Source of the DNA: Chiloscyllium plagiosum
Taxonomy: Eukaryota
Assembly (NCBI RefSeq): GCF_004010195.1
Contig: NC_057718.1
Span: 55,675,285-55,739,284 of the forward strand
Direction of reading: 5' to 3'
Length of the DNA: 64,000 bases
Part shown: one piece after another, positions 51,351-64,000 of the stretch
Numbering within the stretch: the stretch's first letter is position 1
Layout: each line of letters starts with the position of its first letter
The notes under the pieces: generated by a model
Database searches by the model: none
The model's input: only the letters and a program-made list of their open reading frames with translations
What the model was told of the DNA's origin: nothing
Program-made: the position numbers and the translations under genes

Positions 51351-52831
51351 ATTCTGCAAAGTCCTCCTTACACACAGTTGGGGTTAGTGTGAAATTGGGA
51401 GAGCTATCTCACAGGTTGGTCAAGCGACAGCCTGACATAGTCATACTCACGGAATCATACCTTACAATGTCCCAGCCACCACTAGCTCCATCCCTGGATA
51501 TGTCCTGACGGCTGAGCAGACATAGCAGTATAAGGGAGGAGGATGCCTTAGGAGTCCTTAGCATTGAATTTGGATACCATGAAGTCTCATGGCATCAGGT
51601 TAAATGTGAGCAAGGAAAACTCCTGAGTAACCATGAATCACCACTTAAAGTGTTGAACAGCACTTTAAGGAAGCACTGAGGGTGGCAAGAGTACAGAATA
51701 CATTCTCGGTGGGATCTTCCAGTATCTACTATCAATGGTGCTGGGCAGCAGCAGCAGTCCTGATTGAGCTGGCCAAGTCCCAAAGGACATTGTTGCTAGA
51801 CTTTGACTGCAGCAGTTGGCGAGGGAACCAACAAGATGGAAAAATGCATTTCTCCTCATCTTCACCAATCTGCCTGCCACAGTTGCATCTATCCATTACA
51901 GTATCACTAAGAGTAATATCCACACAGTCTTTATGAAGATGAAGTCCTGCCTTCTTGACATCATATTGCGTGGCACTGTCTGTCTGCTAAACGGGCAAGA
52001 CTTCAAACAGATCTAACAAATAAGACTGGGAATCTTTGAGCTAATGTCGACCATCAACAGCAGCAGCAGAAGAATCATATTCAAACACAATCAGCAAACT
52101 CATGGTCCGGCATATCCGCCATTCTACCATTGTCCAATGCCAGGGATCAATAAAGAGAAAGCATGCCAGGAGCAGCACCACATAAACTTAAAAATGAGGT
52201 GTCAACCTAGTGAAGCTACAAAACAGGACTTATGTGTGCCACACAGCCCAAGTGGGAAGTAATAGACTGAGCTAAACAAATCCATAACCAAGGATCAGAT
52301 CTAAACTATGCAGTCCTGCCACAACCAGTCGTGAATGGCGGTGGAGGACAAGATTAGATTAGATTAGATTAGATTAGATTAGATTACAGTGTGGAAAAGC
52401 TAAACAAATCCATAACCAAGGATCAGATCTAAACTATGCAGTCCTGCCACAACCAGTCGTGAATGGCGGTGGAGGACAACTTACTGGAAGTAGAGACTCC
52501 ACAAGTGTTCCCGTCCTCGTTGATGGGGAAGCCCAGCACATCAATGCATAAGGTAAGGCTGAAGCATTTGCAACAATTTTCAGCCAGAAATGCCGAGTTA
52601 ATGATTCATCCTGGCCTCATTCAAACATCCCCAGCATTGCAGATGCCCACCTTCAACCGATTCAATTCACTCCATGTAGTGTCAAGAAATGGTTGGAGGC
52701 ATTGAATACTGCAAAGACTATGGGCCCTGAAACATGCTGGCAATAGTGCTGAAGATTTGTGCACCCGAACTTTCTACTCCCCTAACCGAGCTCTCCCAGT
52801 ACAACTATGACACTGATATCAACTTGACAAT

Positions 52832-53380
52832 AAGACTGTAAGACACAGGAGTAGAAATTAAGCCATTCAGCACATCGAGTTTGCTCCGCCATTGAATCAT
52901 GGCTGACAGGTTTCTCAACCACATTCTCCCATTTTCTCCCTGTAACCCTTGATCCCCTTGATTCTCAAGAATCTATCTATCGCAGTCTTAAATATACTCA
53001 ATGACCTAGCCTCCACAGCCTCCCATGGCAATGAATTCCACAGTTTCACCACTCTTTGGTTGAAGAAGGTTCTCCTTATCTCTGTTCTAAAAGGTCTTCC
53101 CTTTACTTTAAGGCTGTGCCCTGGGTCCTAGTTTCTCCTACCAATGGAAACATTTTTCCAAAATCTGCTTTGTTCAGGCCATTAAGTGTTCTGTGTGTTT
53201 TAGTTAGATCCCCTACCCCATCTTTCTAAACTCCATCGAGTACAGACCTACAGTCCTCAAATATTCTTCATAAGGTAAGCTTTTCATTCCTGGGACCATT
53301 CTCGTGAACCTCCTCTGAACACTCCCCAGTGCCAGTACATCCTTCATTGTGCCCAAACCTGTGCACAATACTCCAAATGT
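52832..53380 (-). mobile_element. CR1 3' fragment nested in LINE
   Basis: VLALGSVQRRFTRMVPGMKSLPYEE; tail taagactgtaagac. Confidence 0.85.
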
Positions 53381-54200
53381 GGAAAATTGCCCAGGGATGT
53401 CCTGTACACAAAAGCAGGACAAATCCAACCCAGCCAATTATTGTCCATCAGTCAACTCTCAACCATCAGTAGAGTGATAGAAGATGCCATCAACAGTGTG
53501 ATTAAAAATATATTTATTAGCACCTGCTCACCAATAATCTGCCCACTGATGCCCAGTTTGTATTCCATCATTTAGCTCCTGACCTTAATACACCTTTGAT
53601 TCAAACATGATCAAAAGAGCTGAATTCCAGAGTTGAGGTGAGAGTGACTGTCCTTGATGTGAAGGCCATATTTGACTGACATCAGGGAATCTAAGCAAAA
53701 CTGGAGTCAATAGAAATCGGGGAGGGGGTGGAGAAGAACTCTCCCCCTCCCCGATTTCTATTGACTGGTTGGCAAGACGGTTGTGGTTGTTGGAGGTTAA
53801 TTATCTCAGCTCATCTGTCAGGAATACGCAGGGGATTTTCCTCGGCCCAAACATCTTGGCACCTATGTCGACAATGACTTTCCCATCATCATGGTCAGAA
53901 GTGGGGATATTCACCAATGACTGCACAATTCGCAGCTCGTCAGGTACTGAAGCAGTATGTATTTAAATGTAGCAAGACCTGGATAGTATTCATGGTTGGG
54001 CTGAAAAGTGGCAAGTAACATTCATTACATAATGCCAGGTTATGATATCTTCAATAACAATATAAGCATCACCTCTTGATATTCAACACATTACCATCAC
54101 GTTACCATTGTCCAGAAACTGAACTGGACTCACCATGTAAATACAGTGGCTACAACAGCAGGTCAGAGTCTAGAAATACTGCAGGAAATAACTCCCCTCC

Positions 54201-54532
54201 AAACTTTGTGAGAAGATTTGTAGCTCGGGTGCTCATTGCTGTGGTTCTGTTCGCCGAGCTGGAAGTTTTTGTTGCAAACGTTTCGTCCCCTGCCTAGGTG
54301 ACATCCTCAGTGCTTGGGAGCCTCCTGTGAAGCGCTTCTGTGGTGTTTCCTCCGGCATTTATAGTGGCCTGTCCCTGCCGCTTCCGGTTGTCAGTTTCAG
54401 CTGTCCGCTGTAGTGGCCGGTATATTGGGTCCAGGTCTATGTGTTTGTTGATGGAGTTTGTGGATGAGTGCCAAGCTTCTAGGAATTCCCTGGCTGTTCT
54501 TTGTTTCGCTTGCCCTATAATGGTAATGCCCT
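54201..54532 (-). mobile_element. Poseidon-type PLE 3' fragment (second family)
   Basis: TSD ataactcccctcc (54188-54200, 54533-54545); minus strand IIGQAKQRTAREFLEAWHSSTNSINKHIDLDPIY, homologous to 8330-8440. Confidence 0.88.
54274..54313 (-). ncRNA. Minimal type I hammerhead ribozyme motif
   Basis: Reverse complement gca-CTGAGGA-t-gtcacc-taggca-ggggac-GAAA-c-GTT-tgc. Confidence 0.72.
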
Positions 54533-55693
54533 ATAACTCCCCTCCTGACGCCCAAAACCAGTCCATCAACTACAAGGCACAAGCCAGGTGTGTGATAGAA
54601 TATTGCTGACTAGTCTGGATGAGTGCAGCTCTAACAACACTCAAGAAGATTGACTCCATCCAGGACAAAGCAGCCGTTTTATTTGGCATCACATTCACAA
54701 AATTTCATTCCCTCCACCACTAAGGCTTGGTAGCAGATATTCACCAGGGGTCCTGAGACAGCACCTTCCAAGCTTACAACTACTTCTATCTATAAAGACA
54801 ATGGCAGCAAATCCTGCAGGTTCCCCTTCAAGCCATTCACTATCCCTAACTTGAGAGTCTATCATCTTTCCTTCACTGTCTCTGGGTCAAAATCCTTGAA
54901 TTTCCTCCCTAATGACAGGGTGGATCCATCTACAGCACATGGATTGCAGCAGTTTAAGAAGGCAATTCACCACCATCTTTTCAAGGGCAACTAGTGATGG
55001 GCACACCCACATTCCACAAGTGAATAAAAATATCCAGTTAATATGCATTCAACCTTCACTTTCTTTAAATAAAGCAAACAACCAAAATTTCTTGATAAAT
55101 TAAATTAGACATCTCCATATTAAGTACAATGCATCGCATCATGAGACAGCCCTCCTCAGAGACCTCAAACAATGGTCTTTGTACGTGCATTTTCTGTATA
55201 AAACAATTAGGTAATTGTGTTCAATCCTTTAGATTTAGTAGGTTATTTCTCTGCATGATTTGTTTCAAACAGCAAGATTAATTTATATCAGATTTTCATA
55301 CAGTTTACTTTGTTCCTGAATGAACAATTATTGATGTAACATTCATGTAAATACAATCTTCAATATAACACTTATTAAGATCTCACTCAAAATGTTTAAC
55401 AACTAACATCCCACATTGACTACCTTCACAAAATCAAAATTTCAACAACTCAAGAATTTATAACAAACCATTTTATCTCAATTTAAAGGGTAATACTTTC
55501 ACCCACAAGCAATGCTTTAAAACCAGCTGCACTAGACTACCTATGAGGAAAATTAGTATGTTAGGTGTTACTAATCATGATCAGTTTCATGGTCATTACA
55601 CATTTCAAGAATACAGTTCCTAATTCCAGCGCTACGGTTTTAATATGCATCTACTTCTCTGCTCTCAAGTAAATTGCAAGCTAATGTCCACAT

Positions 55694-56513
55694 GTGGAGT
55701 CACAGGTAGATAGGATAATGAAGAAGGCGTTTGGTATGCTTTCCTTTATTGGTCAGAGTATTGAGTACAGGAGTTGGGAGATCATGTTGTGGCTGTACAG
55801 GACATTGGTTAGGCCACTATTGGAATATTGTGTGCAATTCTGGTCTCCTTCCTATCGGAAAGATGTTGTGAAACTTGAAAGGGTTCAGAAAAGATTTACA
55901 AGAATGTTGCCAGGGTTGGAGGGTTTGAGCTATGGGGAGAGGCTGAACGGGCTGGAGCTGTTTTCCCTGGAGCATTGGAAGCTAAGGGGTGACCTTATAG
56001 AGGTTTATAAAATCATGAGGGGNNNNNNNNNNNNNNNNNNNNNNNNNNNNNNNNNNNNNNNNNNNNNNNNNNNNNNNNNNNNNNNNNNNNNNNNNNNNNN
56101 NNNNNNNNNNNNNNNNNNNNNNNNNNNNNNNNNNNNNNNNNNNNNNNNNNNNNNNNNNNNNNNNNNNNNNNNNNNNNNNNNNNNNNNNNNNNNNNNNNNN
56201 NNNNNNNNNNNNNNNNNNNNNNNNNNNNNNNNNNNNNNNNNNNNNNNNNNNNNNNNNNNNNNNNNNNNNNNNNNNNNNNNNNNNNNNNNNNNNNNNNNNN
56301 NNNNNNNNNNNNNNNNNNNNNNNNNNNNNNNCAGAGGAAGTGGTGGAGGCTGGTACAATTGTAACATGTAAAAGGCATTTGGATGGGTATATGAATAGGA
56401 AGGGTTTGGAGGGATATGGGCTGGGTGCTGGCAGGTGGGACTAGATTAGGTTGGGATATCTGGTCGGCATGGATGGGTTGGACCGAACATCCTGTACATC
56501 TCTATGACTCTAT
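55694..56513 (+). mobile_element. CR1 3' fragment spanning an N gap
   Basis: LYRTLVRPLLEYCVQFWSP; tail tctatgactctatg; gap 56023-56331. Confidence 0.9.
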
Positions 56514-57429
56514 GTATAAAGTTAACCACAACTAATGTCCAATTAATTAACACTGAAAATGTGAGAAGCTGTATTGCTTTTTCTTTTTATATTCCATAAT
56601 TTTCCAGATGGATTTCCACTCTGATCCATTGGCCTAACAATATCTCCTGGTGAGGCCTTCCAACTGATCTTTTAAAAATATATATATTTGGTTCCATCTT
56701 CTGCTTTCATGCTTCATAACACGCTCTAATTTAAATTAAATGGGTTGACATTAACAAAGATGAGTGAGGAATTTAAGATATACAAGATGAAGGCAGCTCA
56801 CAATCTTTTTGGATTTTAGAAGTTCTGTCTGCTTCAAAGTTTATTGCTATTTTAAAAATTTTTGCAAATATGTTTTCCACTAGGATATTAACTTTGATGA
56901 CTTAATAGTGAATTACCCTGATTCAGTCATAACAACAAACATTTATTTCAGATCATCAGGTTGGCTGTTATGTTTGCTTTCTGACTATCATAAGTTAAAT
57001 ATGGAGAATCGGTTTACATTCAGTATGGCTTTTTAAGTTTTGGAGGGGCAGGTTGTGACTTTAACAATGATGTTCAGGCTTCACAAGCTGTCTGTAAAAG
57101 AGCAGCTGAATGAAGGTGGATATACACTGGGATGTCAGTAATGGCCACCCTTGGGAATCATGTACATGGAGGCAGTGAAAGGGTGAATGGCATAGAGGGG
57201 AACTTGGGCAGCAGTAAATGCTTGGTCAGTGCAAGTGATCATTACCCTTCTAGCATTGAGAGAATAAGAAGATGAGGCATGGCTACAAAATACAGTTTTT
57301 AGAAGTTATCGGAGCACTCAAGAAAAGCAAAAATTCGCGATGGGGACATGACTAACAGATTTTAAGCTGAGCAGTGATGAAGTGCAACACCTTTCACAGA
57401 AAGGGCAGAGCATTAGATAGCCAGCGGAA

Positions 57430-58640
57430 AGGAATGAGAGGCAAGCAGAATAAGGCTGTCATACATGCATCCCATCATTTACCAGAGAATGAACTATCCT
57501 GGTGCTACCTTGAGATGACCATGAACTGTTGCCACAGGCAACTGCATTTCCCCAAGCAGATAGTCATAGAGATTTGTCCTCGCACCACTTAAGACTTCTT
57601 ACCTCACAACAATTCTTTCCATGTCTTGCTTGTACCTGTCAAAGTCTCTGTGACATTAAACCTCTTCATTTACTGGCTTTTTCCAAGGATCGGCAGCACA
57701 CCTTGGTGGCTGCTCACATACCACTGCATTGTACAGGTTATTGGTGCCCTATTTTTGAGAGCTGGGCAGTACATTCAATTCTGGTCAGACACAGCTTTAT
57801 ACGAGCAGATGGCAATGGCTTTTGCTTCCACTTCTTAATTCCCTCAGGTGCAAGGGCATCATCAATTGTTTTTAGATGGTCAGGAAGGCATCCAGTGACT
57901 GGCTAATCAGATTCATCAGAAGGAGAGATGCTGTGCTTTTATGTAGTTATTGTTTCACAGGATGTAGGCATCACTGAGTCAGGCAGTTTTTAATTCGCCA
58001 TCCCTAATTGAACTTGAGAAGGTGAAACTGAGGTGTCTTCTTGAACCAATGCAGTCAATGTGGTACAGCTGCACCCACAGTACTGTTAGGCAAATTTTAG
58101 CTGGTCAGCAATCATAATAACTGACTCTTGTTGGCAGCTACTAAGACTCCTTTATTTTCTGTCAGTCCAGGCTGCCAAAAGTATTCACTCCAATCTCCAA
58201 ACTCCATAAATGGATTCTTGAGACAAAGGATATGGCGTGAAAAGATTTCTATTTGCTCCTCCATAGGAGCCAAAGACAGAGACATGGAGGTGATACAAAG
58301 TCAATACTAGGACAATGATTGAGCAGGCCTTCAGGTTTTACAGATACAACTCCAGTGACTACTTTGGTGAAGTCATGGCTTGTAATATCATCCTGCAAGG
58401 CTCTCATTGTGGTTTTTTTGCCCTGTGCATGACGTGACCCCTCATAGAAATGTGCACCTTGAAGAAGGTGACACCCAACAAGAACAACACAGCTCAGCGG
58501 AGGAAATGGATGAACAGGATGTGGAAGAAGAGATGGCAAAAATACAAAGGTGTCCCAATTGTACAAAGAAATGTTCAGGCAGGGTGAGAGACTTGAAGGA
58601 CTCATCAGGATTCTATTTGCATCAAAGATCATTTAACTCA
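57430..58640 (+). pseudogene. Decayed PIF/Harbinger transposase (HARBI1-like DDE)
   Basis: In order across frames: VPVKVSVTLNLF, CIVQVIGALFLRAGQYIQF, FPQVQG, GSY*DSFI, WIL-DKGY, TRTMIEQAF, then acidic tail EEMDEQDVEEE; a LINE 3' piece interrupts at ~57955-58090. Confidence 0.72.
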
Positions 58641-58873
58641 TTTCAATTGAAGTCATCTGATCCAGAAGCAACAGCAAATTTGGGAACCCATTTTGAGCTA
58701 CATGTGCGTATATTAGCACTGAGACATAGTTTAGAACAAGTAAGCTTCTTCTACCAATGAAGGATGCATATCTTCCTAGATGTTTCACTCTCACTGTTAA
58801 GTGGATCCTAGCCTTCCTTCACCACTTGACACCTCTTGTCCTGCCATTAATAAAAGCAGGCTCATGTGTCTGG

Positions 58874-59512
58874 TTTATTGGTCAGAGCATTGAGTCTTTC
58901 CTTTATTGGTCAGAGCATTGAGTATAGGAGTTGGGAGTCATGCTGCGATTGTACAAGACAATAGTTAGGCCACTTTTGGAATATTGCGTGCAATTCTGGT
59001 TTCCTTCCTATCGGAAGATTGTTGTGAAACTTGAAAGTGTTCAGAAAATATTTACAAGGATGTTGCCAGGGTTGGAGGATTTGATCAATAGGGAGAGGCT
59101 AAATAGGCTGGGGCTGTTTTCCCTGGAGCGTCAGAGGCTGAGGGCTGACCTTATGGAGGTTTATAAAATCATGAGGGGCATGGATAGGATAAACAAAGTT
59201 TTTTTCCCTGGGCTCGAGGAGTTCAGAACTAGAGGGTATAGGTTTAAGGTGAGAAGGGAAAGCTTTAAAAGGGACCTAAGGGGCAACATTTTCATGCAGA
59301 GGATGGTATGTGTATGGAATGAGCTGCCAGAGGAAATGGTGAAGGTTGGTACAATTACTGCATTTAAAAGTAATCTAGATAGGTATATGAATAGGAAGGG
59401 TTTAGAGGGATATGGGCCAAGTGCTGGCAAATTAGACTAGATTAAGTTAGGATATCTGGTCGATATGGACAGGTTGGACGAAAGATCTGTTTCCATGCTG
59501 TGCATCTCTATG
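58874..59512 (+). mobile_element. CR1 3' fragment
   Basis: ORF 58931-59440 LYKTIVRPLLEYCVQFW..VWNELPEE; 22 bp duplication tttattggtcagagcattgagt at its 5' junction. Confidence 0.92.
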
Positions 59513-60184
59513 AACCAATATGTACTTGTAGCGTAGAATGGAAAATAGTATATGGTTATATGTAGAAAGCACTACAATGACCCAATTCTTGGCCACATCT
59601 TTAGATGACATGCCCCTGACAAGACATAAGATGTAAGAGCAGAATTAGCTCATTCAACACATCTTTCTACTCTTGAGTGAGAATATCTGTTTGTGACACT
59701 TATAAGGGACATCAAATACCAGAAAACCTATGTTGGAGAGGTATTTGTAGCATAACTTTAAAATTAAGTGTGGTACCCTCTGTATCGCTTGATTCTGTCA
59801 GTTGTAAACAGTGCTTTGTGAACAAAAGGTTCACTTTTTGATAATGTGTTGCTAGCTCCCATGTGTTACTTGTTTTGCTTGCTTAAAACTATATTCACTT
59901 GCTTCAATTTTCTTAAAAGTGAACACTTTGCTGACTGGCAACAGTGCCATTGCTAATGTGATGCCAGTTGACTACAATTTCTCAGAGGTTCTGACCAGAA
60001 GTAATCAGAAGACAAAAGCATACATCATCATCCTGGAATGTGATCTATCATGTGATTTAAGAATATTCCAACTCCGCCAATGCAAATGACAAAGAAGCAA
60101 GATGTCTGTCGCAGCCAGTTCAAATCAAAGGAGCATTCAAAATTCATTATGGCTTGAATTGAACCTAACAACATTTTTAGAAAG

Positions 60185-60820
60185 TGTTTTACTTGCTGTT
60201 GGAATGTGAGCATTACTGGCTGGGCCAATATTTATTGCTGAACTCTAGTTGCCTCTGAGAAGGTGGTGGTGAGCTGCTTTCTTGAACTGCTGCAATCTAT
60301 GTGCTGTAGGTAGACCCACAATACCATTAAGGAGGGAATTCTAGGATTTTGACACAATGGCAGTGAAAGAATGACAATATATTTCCAAGTCACAGATGGT
60401 GAGTGGCTTTGAGGGGAACTTGTAGGTAATGGTGTTCCCATGTGTTTGCTGCCCTTGTCCATCTAAATGGAAGAAGTTATGGATTTGAAAGATGCTGTCT
60501 CAGGTTCTTTGGTGAATTTCTGCAATGAGCACCAGTGGTATAGGGAATGGATGGTTGTGGATGTAGTGCTAACTAGTGGGTTGCTTTGTGCTGGATGGTA
60601 TCAAACTTCTTAAGTATTGTTGGAGCTGCATTCAACCAGGCAAGTGGAGAGTTTTTCATTATGTCCCTCATCTGTGCCTTGTACATGGAGGACAGGCTTT
60701 GGGGGAGTCAGGAGGTGAGTTACTTGCTGCTGTATTCCTAGCCTCTGGCCTGCTCTTGTAGCCGCTGGCATGGCCTGTTGAGTTTATGGTTGGTGGGAAC
60801 CTGGAGGATGTTGATGGTGT
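60185..60820 (-). mobile_element. CR1/L2-group LINE 3' fragment
   Basis: Reverse complement of 43060-43600. Confidence 0.8.
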
Positions 60821-60989
60821 ATGATATAATTAAACACTGGGCATTAATTGTGGATTCATTTGAGTCCTATAAACAGACACCAACTAAAAATGTGATTATA
60901 TAATTATAATATTTAAGTATAAAATTGAGTAAAGTTCGAACCTGTTTCAACTGACTTTTTGGAACGGAACACCCAGGACAAGTACTGTA

Positions 60990-61320
60990 CAGTACTTCCG
61001 AAGTGGAAACATGGTGCTAATTTGTGCACTGCCAAGACCCACACAGTAATGCAATATTTACCAGGTATTCTGTTTTTGTAATGTTGACTGAAGAATAAAT
61101 ATTGTCCAGGAGGCTGGGATATTTTCTTTGAAGTAGTGCTATGTGATCTGAGAAACCAGACTGGGCTTCAGTTTAACATCTTATTCAAGAGATGACAGTG
61201 AGATGCTTCTTTAATGTTGCACTGAAGTTTCAGTTTAGACTTTTGTGCTGAAATGGGACTTGAACCTACAATTGTTTGCCTCAGTGGTAAAAGTGTTGAC
61301 AACTGAACTAGGGCTAACTT
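60990..61320 (-). mobile_element. Old Deu-domain SINE (SacSINE1/AmnSINE-like)
   Basis: Reversed tRNA head gggacttgaacctacaa..ctcagtgg and Deu-like core gtttaacatcttatt..gacagtg..gcactgaag..cag, aaatattgtccagg. Confidence 0.6.
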
Positions 61321-61584
61321 GTCATGCAAACATAGAAATACATAATTTGCTTATCTGAAATTTCTTTCTCAACTCTTGTCAACTGCCCATTAATATTTAC
61401 ACTAGTGCCAATGTTTTGTGTCAATATTGAATTTTGAAATACACCATTATGAGATATCATAATTATCATTATTCTATCCTGACCAGACATTTAGACCAGT
61501 TGAGATAGCAATCCACATAATGGGATGGCAATAAATTATCTATGTTACTGCTAAGAAATGTTAAAAAAAAATTAACAGGGTTCA

Positions 61585-61806
61585 CATAAAAAATTTACAC
61601 AGAGACTGACTTGTGGAGAATGAACTTTCAGAGCAAGTGGTAGATGCAGGTACAGCTACATTTAAAAGGCATTTAGATAAGCACACAAATAAGAAACAAT
61701 TGGAGGGATCAGGACTAAGCATAGGTAGGTGGGACTAGTTGAGGTTGGGATTATGGTCAACATGGACTGGTTGGACCAAAGGGTCTATTTCCATGCTATG
61801 ACTCTG
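61585..61806 (+). mobile_element. CR1 3' end fragment
   Basis: tttacacagag..gtggtagatgcaggtaca..ttggaccaaagggtctatttcc..tgactc. Confidence 0.75.
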
Positions 61807-61877
61807 ACTAATATTGTATCAAAGAGTGAGTGAAAATCAGAGCACTTGGCTAATTCATAATTCTGCACTCAGCGAAG

Positions 61878-62405
61878 GATTTGATTTGATTTATTGTCAC
61901 ATCTATGTAAGTACAGTGAAAAGCTTTGCGAGTAGTACAGGCAGATCATAGTAAGTAAGGACATACAGATCACAGGGTGAAAGAAACTTGGATAGAATGA
62001 GGCATACAGGATTGCACCATACAGGACGTGCACAAGGCAAGATCAACATTTTTGAAGTTAGAGTGTCCATTCATCAGTCTAATAACAGCAGGGAAGAAAC
62101 TATTCTTGAACCTGCTGGTGCGTGTGTTCAAGCTTCTGTATCTTCTGCCTGACAGTAGAGGTTGTACCAGGATGGGGTGGGTCTTTGATGATGTTGGCAG
62201 CCTTTCCATGGCAACGGGAGATGTAAATGGAGACCATGGCTGGGAGTTGGCTTTCGTAATGGTATGGGCTGTGCACACATCCTTCTATAGTTTCTTGTGG
62301 TCCTGGGCAGAGCAGTTGCATACCAGGCCATTATGTAGCCGGACAGTAAACTTTCTGTGGTGCATTTTTAAAAGTTGATGAGGGTCCTTATGGTCATGCT
62401 GAGTT
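61878..62405 (-). mobile_element. Rex1/Babar LINE 3' fragment
   Basis: LLSGRRYRSLNTRTSRFKNSFFPAVIRLMN; reversed aataaatcaaatc tail. Confidence 0.88.
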
Positions 62406-62804
62406 TCGACGTACGAGTATTAAATGTGGTTGTAACACACTAGCATTGATTCTCTGATTTGCACTCTTTTTTTCACTCATGCCTGCTCTTGAGGCTGTGA
62501 GATTGCTGAATATACTTAGCTAGTGCAGTGAACTGTGGCTATAATTATGTGCCTAGATTGTGAAGGCAGAAATGTTTAAAAAGCAACATGGATTCCATGT
62601 TTGTGTGTCCAAATTGTTAGTAAATAATAATCTTTATGAATTTAAAAATGCTTGCGATGTATTTTGAATGAAAATCCTTTGTGTTTGATTATGTTCAGGA
62701 ATCAGAAAAATATCCTCACCACTATATCACCCAATACTTTGTAAAAGGGCACTGTTGTTGAAATCTAATTATTTAATAAAGATTACAAGCAGTATTTTTA
62801 GATA

Positions 62805-62932
62805 TTCCCAATGAAGGGCTTATATCCAAAACGTTGATTCTCCTGCTCCTCAGATGCTGCCTGACAAAAGTGCTTTGCCAGCACCACACTCTCAACTCTG
62901 ATCTCCAACATCTGCAGTCCTCACTTTCTCCT
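62805..62932 (+). mobile_element. Solo PLE pseudo-LTR, family A
   Basis: TSD agtattttt(a/g)gata (62791-62804, 62933-62946); begins at the decayed hammerhead, ends with tail. Confidence 0.85.
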
Positions 62933-63819
62933 AGTATTTTTGGATAGCAAGGATTTTAGTCGTGATACCCAAAGAATTAGCAGGGTTGCATCTCAGGGAC
63001 TTCTTCCCCTCAATCACAAGACTCCCACCTTGGAGAACTGCTGACCAATCTGATTATTCTGACAGTTTGTAGCCCAGGCTGCATCAGTTGTAGCAGTGGT
63101 GAATAGTAATCCCAGAATGCAATACCAGTTAAGTGTTGGGAAATTCACACATGGCAAGGAAGGCTAGGGCAAGATGGCTGAGGAGAAAGTTTTGGGGATT
63201 GTAGACTATTAGACGGGTGCAGAAAACGTCTGTATTTGGCAGACCAGATGGGACTGATGTCTGAAGTACAAAAATGGCATTTGAGGGAGGTGTATCTTCT
63301 CATCCAACATGCTGCCCTGAACTCCTCCCGTAAATGTAACTATTGAGTTTGGGGGGAATCCTTGAGTTGCCAATAATTGTTGGCTTAAGGATCTCCACTG
63401 GGGATGATTGGTTGCCGTAGAATCTATTTGCCAACAACACCATCTCGACCACTGTTTGCAAATGTATGGACAAGTGAGTGAGATTGCAGCAGGAAGTTTA
63501 CACCAGGAATATTTAGACTTGCCCTGCTAGCAAACTTACCAGCCATGAGACCGTAAACGTTTGTCCCATTTATGTATTTTTGCAATATCTCCAAGAATTC
63601 AATACTTACATAGTTGTAAATCTTCTCCCAGGAATTTTACTTGCTTGCCATCAGGAAATGCTTAAAATCTGTCTATTTTATTCCACTGTGCTATTAATTC
63701 TCCTACCCTTGGCTCTTCTTGCATTGCTTATATGATAGATTAGTCATGATTGAAACTTGTTTTTTGATTGTGTCTAGATATGTGCAATTATACAATTATT
63801 GAAGCTTAATTAGTTTGAA

Positions 63820-63935
63820 GCATAAGAACATTAGAAATTGGAGAGGGAGTAGACCATATGGCCCCAAGAACCTGCTGCATAATTCAATAAGATCAAGGTT
63901 GATCTGATCTTGATCTTAATTCCACTTTCCTGAAC
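63820..63935 (-). mobile_element. CR1 3' end fragment
   Basis: cataagaacat..ggagtagacca..ttcaataagatca. Confidence 0.6.
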
Positions 63936-64000
63936 ATATTGTTTTGTAAGATAATGGAAATTAATGTATTCAAATAATTTTAAACATAAAATGATATTTT

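Larger units (their letters stand above)
51365..55030 (+). mobile_element. Long decayed CR1/L2-group LINE with several nested insertions
   Basis: PDIVILTESYL endonuclease start, AKTMGP, GQIQPSQ..ISQLS, VTVLDVKAIFD, KKIDSIQDKA; shared 3' end gggcaactagtgatgggca. Confidence 0.8.

Noticed and set aside
52270..52479. CRISPR-like repeat-spacer-repeat
   Set aside because: Eukaryotic context, two units only, spacer is a SINE tail.
56005..56378. ORFs spanning X runs
   Set aside because: Artefacts of the assembly gap.

Overview
Vertebrate genomic DNA, almost certainly a cartilaginous fish (shark), judged from HE1/V-SINE-like, Deu-SINE and CR1-rich repeat content. The only host gene evidence is two consecutive + strand coding exons of an EMAP-like WD40 gene, best matching EML6 (20612-20824 and 41464-41628; GT-AG, phase 1-1, ~20.6 kb intron); no other exon was recognised, so the rest appears intronic. 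The introns are mostly layered transposon relics: CR1 and CR1/L2-group LINEs, Rex1/Babar, RTE, Gypsy pol, a pogo/Tc2-like DNA transposon, two Harbinger remnants and SINEs. The standout is a dense, diverse set of Penelope-like element (PLE) insertions (about 15 insertions, at least 5-6 families). They show target-site duplications, inverted pseudo-LTR hairpins with a one-sided tail, and minimal hammerhead ribozyme motifs (CUGAnGA...GAAA...NUH), including a compensatory stem-I change between two arms of one insertion. Family names come from recalled motifs, not database searches; repeat boundaries are approximate.
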